A stretch of DNA of 64,000 nt from Patescibacteria group bacterium (GTDB lineage Bacteria; Patescibacteriota; Patescibacteriia; UBA9934). The translations under genes were made by a program, and so were the position numbers. This document shows positions 58,605 to 64,000 of the stretch, piece by piece (the stretch's first letter is position 1; each line of letters begins with the position of its first letter). The stretch spans positions 2,977 to 66,976 of the forward strand of contig JBBTSM010000010.1 of the NCBI GenBank assembly GCA_038064675.1, given 5' to 3'. The notes beneath the pieces are model-generated. The model worked only from the letters and a program-made list of their open reading frames with translations. It made no database searches and was not told where the DNA came from.

Positions 58605-59846
58605 TCACGAGAGAAATGTTGTTTTCACCGCACCGCCAAAAAATATATCAATGTACTGTTTTGCGTTGGTAAGCACTAACGACACTGACTGTTTTCGCTT
58701 CGGATCATACAACGCTTTCCACACGTTTGGCTTTCCGAGAATGCTGTCGCAGAACATCGTCGCAGAAAGAGCGGCGTACGTCATGCCGTTTCCAGAAAAT
58801 GCTGTTGCAAGAAATTGTCGCGGAGCGAATTCGCCGATGTATGGCAAACCATCAATAGATTCCACGAGTGGCCCGCTCCATTTGTGCACAATGCGAGTTA
58901 GCTGGGTTGGAAGTAGTGTTTTCACAAAACGCTCCAACGTTGCGAAACTCTTTGTTTCACTTACCGGAATATCCTGACGATGGTCTGCACCACCAATTAT
59001 AAGCCGATCGAATGCTTTCCCGAAATCGACACGCCAATAGCGATACGGCGTTTGCGCGTCGATATACATTCCTTCCTTGAGCACACCCTTTGGAATTTCC
59101 ACGTCGATCACGTACCCTTTGTAATTCGCTTTTTTGAATGCGAGGACTTTTGGCTTGTTGAACGGCACCGAGGTCGCGACAATAATGTGCTTCGCCTTGA
59201 CGCTGCCCAATTCCGCGCGTGCAGTGAACATTTCTCCCTGAACAATCTCAACAATCGAAGTCTGTTCAAAGATCCGCACCCCGAGGAGCTCGGCCTTTCT
59301 TGCTAACGCCTGAACAAAACGAATCGGATGAAATTTTGCTTGGTTGGGAATTTCTAACGATCCAACGTTCGCAAATCCAAGATCGTTTACACGATGGAGA
59401 ACAAGATCAATCCCAAGTTCTTTCGCGGTGGAATATTCCATTTCCAAATTCGCAAAATCTTTTGCCTTCGTTGCATACAGGAATTCAGAGCATCGAAGGA
59501 AGTCACAGTCAATATTCTCAACCTGAATGATCCGCTCGATAATATCGATCGCCGATCTGCCAGCATGCCACAGCGCTTTCGTCTTTTCCAATCCGAACAG
59601 TTTCTTCATCTGCACGAGTGTCATGTCAGTGACCTGGGTGACGAATGCCGTCGTGCACACTGTCGCTCCATACCCGATCCGCTCAGATTCACACACTACG
59701 ACGCGTTTACCTTCTAACGCTAAAAGATATGCGCTCATGATTCCAGTAATGCCACCACCAATAATGACGACATCTGTTTCAAGATGCGCATTCAGTGCCG
59801 TGTACTGCTCGCTTGGCTCTGCTGACTCCCATGAAGTGACGTTCAT
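58605..59846 (-). CDS. FAD-dependent oxidoreductase (DAO family)
   Basis: N-terminal VVIIGGGITGIMSAYLLALEGKRVVVCE dinucleotide-binding motif; upstream of and co-directional with the ABC exporter. Confidence 0.8.
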   Translation of the reverse strand: MNVTSWESAEPSEQYTALNAHLETDVVIIGGGITGIMSAYLLALEGKRVVVCESERIGYGATVCTTAFVTQVTDMTLVQMKKLFGLEKTKALWHAGRSAIDIIERIIQVENIDCDFLRCSEFLYATKAKDFANLEMEYSTAKELGIDLVLHRVNDLGFANVGSLEIPNQAKFHPIRFVQALARKAELLGVRIFEQTSIVEIVQGEMFTARAELGSVKAKHIIVATSVPFNKPKVLAFKKANYKGYVIDVEIPKGVLKEGMYIDAQTPYRYWRVDFGKAFDRLIIGGADHRQDIPVSETKSFATLERFVKTLLPTQLTRIVHKWSGPLVESIDGLPYIGEFAPRQFLATAFSGNGMTYAALSATMFCDSILGKPNVWKALYDPKRKQSVSLVLTNAKQYIDIFFGGAVKTTFLS

Positions 59847-59865
59847 AGGGAAAGTATAGCAGTCT

Positions 59866-59923
59866 GGATCCCCGCCTTCCCCCTTCGCTAAAGCTATGGG
59901 GGACAGGTCGCGGGGATGACCAA
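59866..59923. repeat. partial or expanded copy of the repeat-element hairpin (ggatccccgcc ... gtcgcggggatgac, with a 33-nt insert containing ccccc...ggggg)
   Basis: Reverse complement reads gtcatccccgcg[acctgtcccccatagctttagcgaagggggaa]ggcggggatcc, the same arms as the gtcatccccgcg-cag-gcggggatcca hairpin of copies A and B. Confidence 0.55.
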
Positions 59924-59933
59924 AACATAAATA

Positions 59934-60740
59934 TTACTTTCGAATACCGATGTTTCCGTTGACCGGCAGAGATTTCATCAATGTGTCTGAAACAACTTTC
60001 ACTTCATGAAAATCCTTGTTCCACGACAGGAAGACCGCTTCAGTTGGGTACAGGTATCGTCCACCGTCGTGACCACAGAAGTACACGTTGGGATTGTCTT
60101 GTGTGCGAATCATATCTCCTGGCATGCATGTGGTGATTTCTACAACAGCTGTAGCGGTCGCAACAGCTGCCTGAGGCTTCACGGAAACATCGGTGGCACT
60201 CAGCGTGATTGCCGACTCCGCCCTTTGCGCAGCCTTCAACATTGGATACGGATCGATTGGAGCATTGTTGAGATTCAAGATCTCGAAATGGAGGTGCGAC
60301 CCGGTGCTCTCCGCATTTCCCGAATCGCCAACGTACCCAATCTGCTGACCGCGTTTCACATGGGCGCCCTTTTTAATCCCCTCGGCGTATGCGTATTCTG
60401 GACCACCCTTCCCGTCGTCGGTTCCCGGAGTGTCGTTGTTCAAATGGACGTAATTATATTGATACCCGTCGTCACCGCCCAGCATGATCATGTATCCGTA
60501 GCTCGGCTCCACCATTGGAGCAAAAAGGATCGTGCCGTCCACTGCCGCAAGGACTGGAAGCATCTTGGCCGCCATAATGTCTGTGGCGTGATGCACGCGG
60601 CCACCGCTTCGTGCCGCGGTGAAGGTGTCGGTGAACGAGACGTCGCCCACCACTGGGAACGTGATGTCGCGAACAGTTTCAGCGTGGGCGAACGCTGGCA
60701 CGCCCAAGAGCAAAAGCACGGAACATATCCAATACTTCAT
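59934..60740 (-). CDS. M23-family metallopeptidase (LytM domain) with signal peptide and C-terminal extra domain
   Basis: HHATDI ... GDSGNAESTGSHLHFEI: HxxxD and HxH zinc-ligand motifs. Confidence 0.88.
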   Translation of the reverse strand: MKYWICSVLLLLGVPAFAHAETVRDITFPVVGDVSFTDTFTAARSGGRVHHATDIMAAKMLPVLAAVDGTILFAPMVEPSYGYMIMLGGDDGYQYNYVHLNNDTPGTDDGKGGPEYAYAEGIKKGAHVKRGQQIGYVGDSGNAESTGSHLHFEILNLNNAPIDPYPMLKAAQRAESAITLSATDVSVKPQAAVATATAVVEITTCMPGDMIRTQDNPNVYFCGHDGGRYLYPTEAVFLSWNKDFHEVKVVSDTLMKSLPVNGNIGIRK

Positions 60741-60785
60741 AGGTTCCTATCGTATCAATTTCCCCAATATTTTAAAAGAATTGAT

Positions 60786-61652
60786 GTGGATACGGTGGTT
60801 GACAAATCCATAGACAGAATCCGCCGTATCGGCTACACTTCCCGGTCCGATTTCACCGCAGGAGGATCCCTGGCAACTCGCATCATTCCCCTCGATCTCA
60901 CCAACGAGAAAGTTCGACTGGACCTCGAAGCAATGCAGTACGCCTACACCCAAGGTTCGTGCATCGCCTTCGCCGCGGCCATGCATCGGGTCACCGGATG
61001 GCAGATGATCGCACTCGATGCGACGCTCACTCACGTCGGCGTTCGCACACCGGACGGGACCATCTGGGACGCCCGCGGGCCGGTGACGCCGGAAGAGTTC
61101 ATCGAACCGTTCACTGACACCGTGCCCGACGAGTTCCCGGTCGTCAGCTGGGAATATCTCCGAGGAGCGTGTCCGGCGATCGACTACCTTCTCGGAGCGC
61201 AACGACACGCATCGATGATGTTCCCGCAGCTCCCCCACCTGCCCACCAGCGATCGCTCACGGAACCTCGCGTTCATGGACGACGTGTGGGAGCTCGGCAT
61301 CCTGTGGAACTACTGGATTGCAGCTCAGCAACCCGATTCGCTCACCACGTGGCCGATCATCAGGGAGGCATTCGGGGACGAGGCCGGCTACCGCGCCACG
61401 AACAATCACGGCGCGCGAACCGTGGATCGAATGCTCACGTCACAACAGGGTCGCGGGCCGAGTCATCTCCCCCGCGGAATCGAGCAGTTCCTCACGAAGC
61501 TCGCTAGCCTCAGTCGGAAGCACGGCCTGTGGATCCACGCCGTAGGAACGTGGCCGCGGATCGTCCGACTCGATCGCGAAGAGAAGATGGCGGCCGTCTA
61601 CATGATGCGCCAGACCGACACCGCTTCGGGATTTCTCACGACACTCCTCTGA
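60786..61652 (+). CDS. hypothetical protein encoded in a markedly GC-rich segment (probable horizontal acquisition)
   Basis: Only the part of ORF 60006..61652 that does not overlap the M23 gene. In-frame GTG at 60786, or ATG about 60934. GC and GC3 far above the window average. Confidence 0.45.
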   Translation: MDTVVDKSIDRIRRIGYTSRSDFTAGGSLATRIIPLDLTNEKVRLDLEAMQYAYTQGSCIAFAAAMHRVTGWQMIALDATLTHVGVRTPDGTIWDARGPVTPEEFIEPFTDTVPDEFPVVSWEYLRGACPAIDYLLGAQRHASMMFPQLPHLPTSDRSRNLAFMDDVWELGILWNYWIAAQQPDSLTTWPIIREAFGDEAGYRATNNHGARTVDRMLTSQQGRGPSHLPRGIEQFLTKLASLSRKHGLWIHAVGTWPRIVRLDREEKMAAVYMMRQTDTASGFLTTLL

Positions 61653-61656
61653 AACG

Positions 61657-61700
61657 CGAAGGCCGCCCCTTATTCCACGGGGGCGGCCTTCATGCTTTTT
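61657..61700. terminator. hairpin aaggccgcccc-ttattccac-gggggcggcctt followed by catgcttttt
   Basis: 11-bp GC stem plus T-run between convergent genes. Confidence 0.7.
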
Positions 61701-62010
61701 ACAGTTTCATCATCGCGGCACCGAATTCCTCGTCCGTCGCCTGATCACCGTCGAGAAGCGCGAACGGATTCGCTTGCCAGTGTGGCAATGCGGCCATGTT
61801 CTTTCGCGTCAGTCGCTCCGCGAGAACACGATCGCCGTCGGTCACCGATCCCATAAAGAACTGTACTCCCCCTTCAAAAATATCTTCCGCGGGCTTCATC
61901 GCTCCATCGACAACGTCGAATTTGCACACAACACCTTCCGCGGTCTCGATTCCCACGTCTCCTGCATGGTCCCCTTCGAGTGGCATTCCGCACGCAATGC
62001 ATGATTTCAT
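61699..62010 (-). CDS. hypothetical protein with N-terminal zinc-ribbon-like motif
   Basis: Start MKSCIACGMPLEG (CxxC), then an acidic domain. Confidence 0.4.
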   Translation of the reverse strand: MKSCIACGMPLEGDHAGDVGIETAEGVVCKFDVVDGAMKPAEDIFEGGVQFFMGSVTDGDRVLAERLTRKNMAALPHWQANPFALLDGDQATDEEFGAAMMKL

Positions 62011-62111
62011 ATACAAAAGTGTATCACCATTCTCTTTTCCCACACCATTGACAGCTCCACAGAACAGGCATGAAATGAAGGGTAAGGCCTTATTTTTAAT
62101 CCTCCTGGCTT

Positions 62112-64000
62112 ATGACCTCTCTTTTTCTTCGGAGAACACTTGGAATAACAACGATCTTTGCCATGTTTTTGGGCTTTTTCCCAACAGCAGCTGGTGCAGC
62201 ATGGCTCGCCGCCCCAACCAACGTCACCCTTGATGGCGGCATCTACACCAACGACACCACGCCAACCGCCACCTGGACACGCCCTTCTGGAGCAACCTGG
62301 TATCAAATTTTAGTCGATAATGGCAACTGGATCGATATTTCCAATACCGACTCCTACACCATCTGGAGCCTAGCAAACGGCTGGCACACGTTCTACGTTC
62401 GTGCTCGCGACAATAGCAACACCGTAAGCGTTTCAGACTCCGTCACCTTCGAAATCGACACAGCTGGCCCAACCGTTCCTGCAGTTTCGCCATCAACGGC
62501 AACTGAGGATCGCGCAACAACCTTTAGCGTAACGCCTTCCGGCGAATCTACAATATCGTTCTGCGATCTGTACGTGAGCGGATCCTCTGTCGGATCGATG
62601 ACGAAAAACGGATCAACCTTTACCAAGTCCTACACGTTCACCAACGACGGCAGCTACACGGTGTACGCACGCTGCGCCGATGGTGATGGGAACTACACCA
62701 CTGGAACATCGCGCACGGTTACGGTAAGCAATGTGGATGTTTCAGACACCTTCTCCGTTCCATCAGTGTCTCCTTCAATCGCAGTAGAGGATCAATCAAC
62801 AACCTTCACCGTTACTCCATACGGCACACTCGATGCGATCGCCTGTAATCTGTACGTCAGTGGCGCGTACGCAGGATCGATGAGCAAGTCGTCAGCAACA
62901 TTCAGCAAGAGCTACACCTTCTCGAACGATGGCAGCTACACCGTGTACGCGTCTTGTGAAAACGAGAACGGCAGCTGGGTGAATGGCACATCACGAACCG
63001 TCAGCGTGAGCAACATCGACGTAAACGACACATTTTATGTGCCATCGGTTTCACCATCGTCAGCGAACGAGGACGAATCGACAACATTCACCGTGTCGCC
63101 ATACGGCACACTGGATGCCATCGCATGTAACCTCTACGTGAGCGGATCATCCGTTGGTTCCATGAGCAAATCCGGCAGCACATTTAGCCGCAACTACACC
63201 TTCAGCAACGACGGAAACTATACCGTCTACGCGTACTGCGAAAACGAGAACGGCACTTGGACATACGGAACGTCACGCACTGTTACCGTCAGTAACACCA
63301 ATACAAACGATACATTCACCGTCCCATCGGTTTCTCCTTCAACGGCAACCGAGGACCAGTCCACGACATTCTCTGTTACGCCATACGGCACACTCGACGC
63401 AGATGAATGCAAACTCTACGTCAGCGGATCATCTGTTGGATCGATGAGCCAGTCTGGCGACACCTTCTCCAAGAACTACACCTTCTCGAACGACGGGAGC
63501 TACACGGTGTACGCGTACTGTCAGGATGAGAATGGCGACTGGGAATACGGAACATCACGCACGGTTACCGTGTATCAGCAAAGCTCGAGCAACACATCGC
63601 TCGATGTTCCAACGGTTTCCCCATCAACGGCAGTGGAAGACGAACGAACCGAGTTCACCGTGTATCCAACAAGCAACTACAATGTTACTGATTGCTGGTT
63701 GTATGTGAACGGCTCACGCGTCGCAACAATGGACGAAGAATCCACGAACCGATTCGCTGCAGACTACACCTTCAGCAACGACGGCAGCTACAGCGTGTAC
63801 GCACGATGCACCGATAGCCACGGCACAACGGTGAACGGCGACGAACGCAGCGTGTACGTGAGCAACCAGTCGTATTCGTACGACGACGCAGACCGCGGAA
63901 CACTCATCAAAATTCCCTGTGGCGTGTATTCCAACACATCGGAAACGTGTAAGGCCGTGTATTACTACGGCAACGACGGCATGCGCCACGTGTTCCCAAA
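62112..64000 (+). CDS. secreted surface protein with an N-terminal Ig-like domain and at least 5 tandem ~95-aa Ig-like repeats (two Cys each); partial, continues beyond window
   Basis: Open frame from ATG 62112 (preceded by in-frame TAA) to the window end, missed by the ORF track. Signal peptide MTSLFLRRTLGITTIFAMFLGFFPTAAGAAW. Repeat unit VPSVSPSTATEDQSTTFTVTPYGTLDAIACNLYVSGSSVGSMSKSGSTFSKNYTFSNDGSYTVYAYCENENGTWTYGTSRTVTVSN. Confidence 0.8.
   Translation, partial: MTSLFLRRTLGITTIFAMFLGFFPTAAGAAWLAAPTNVTLDGGIYTNDTTPTATWTRPSGATWYQILVDNGNWIDISNTDSYTIWSLANGWHTFYVRARDNSNTVSVSDSVTFEIDTAGPTVPAVSPSTATEDRATTFSVTPSGESTISFCDLYVSGSSVGSMTKNGSTFTKSYTFTNDGSYTVYARCADGDGNYTTGTSRTVTVSNVDVSDTFSVPSVSPSIAVEDQSTTFTVTPYGTLDAIACNLYVSGAYAGSMSKSSATFSKSYTFSNDGSYTVYASCENENGSWVNGTSRTVSVSNIDVNDTFYVPSVSPSSANEDESTTFTVSPYGTLDAIACNLYVSGSSVGSMSKSGSTFSRNYTFSNDGNYTVYAYCENENGTWTYGTSRTVTVSNTNTNDTFTVPSVSPSTATEDQSTTFSVTPYGTLDADECKLYVSGSSVGSMSQSGDTFSKNYTFSNDGSYTVYAYCQDENGDWEYGTSRTVTVYQQSSSNTSLDVPTVSPSTAVEDERTEFTVYPTSNYNVTDCWLYVNGSRVATMDEESTNRFAADYTFSNDGSYSVYARCTDSHGTTVNGDERSVYVSNQSYSYDDADRGTLIKIPCGVYSNTSETCKAVYYYGNDGMRHVFP
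62476..63900 (+). repeat. tandem direct repeats, period 282-285 bp, 5 units, coding
   Basis: Unit starts at 62476, 62761, 63043, 63328, 63613; units diverged at about 75-85% nucleotide identity. Confidence 0.85.

Noticed and set aside
60006-60785. 5' 780 bp of ORF 60006..61652 (+)
   Set aside because: It runs antisense through the M23 peptidase gene, whose catalytic motifs are clear. Only the non-overlapping GC-rich 3' part is kept as a gene.

Overview
The window is a 64-kb bacterial chromosomal segment of about 50% GC with small genes and short intergenic gaps. Many products are hypothetical, membrane-bound or secreted, which resembles small-genome Patescibacteria/CPR-like lineages; this is an inference from gene content only. 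The core genes can be called with confidence. They include a UvrD/PcrA-type helicase fused to a Cas4/AddB-like nuclease; a complete F0F1 ATP synthase operon on the minus strand (atpB-E-F-H-A-G-D-C, preceded by an atpZ/atpI-like gene); tatD, cvpA, metG and rsmI; an archaeal-type proS; pepA; msrB; and greA. The translation/GTPase, transporter and regulatory set comprises two ABC-F ATPases, three ABC exporter permease/ATPase fusions, an OmpR-family two-component system, trhO and engB. Accessory-type genes include an EVE-domain protein, a SET-domain methyltransferase, an M23 peptidase, and a DoxX/ApbE/FMN-binding flavinylation cluster. The most unusual locus lies at 20.6-27.8 kb. It holds a peroxiredoxin gene followed 1.7 kb later by a diverged 96-bp copy of its own 3' end, bracketing a two-gene cassette. 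One cassette gene is a stand-alone paralog of the C-terminal GT-A-like (DXD) domain of the adjacent 1639-aa giant protein. That giant protein also has an N-terminal DnaJ J-domain (HPD motif), Gly/Ala-rich transmembrane segments and a proline-rich linker. Other notable features are listed here. A ~185-bp hairpin-containing repeat occurs in two inverted copies flanking the atpD-to-tatD block, with a partial copy near 59.9 kb. An 18-bp perfect-palindrome operator module is conserved at two loci with identical 60-bp spacing to a half-site. A ~950-bp GC-rich non-coding structured region lies between proS and msrB. Two complex-I-type antiporter subunits stand alone without the rest of complex I. A secreted protein with 285-bp tandem Ig-like repeats runs off the 3' edge. 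Several GC-rich patches suggest horizontal acquisition. No CRISPR array, rRNA or convincing tRNA was found.
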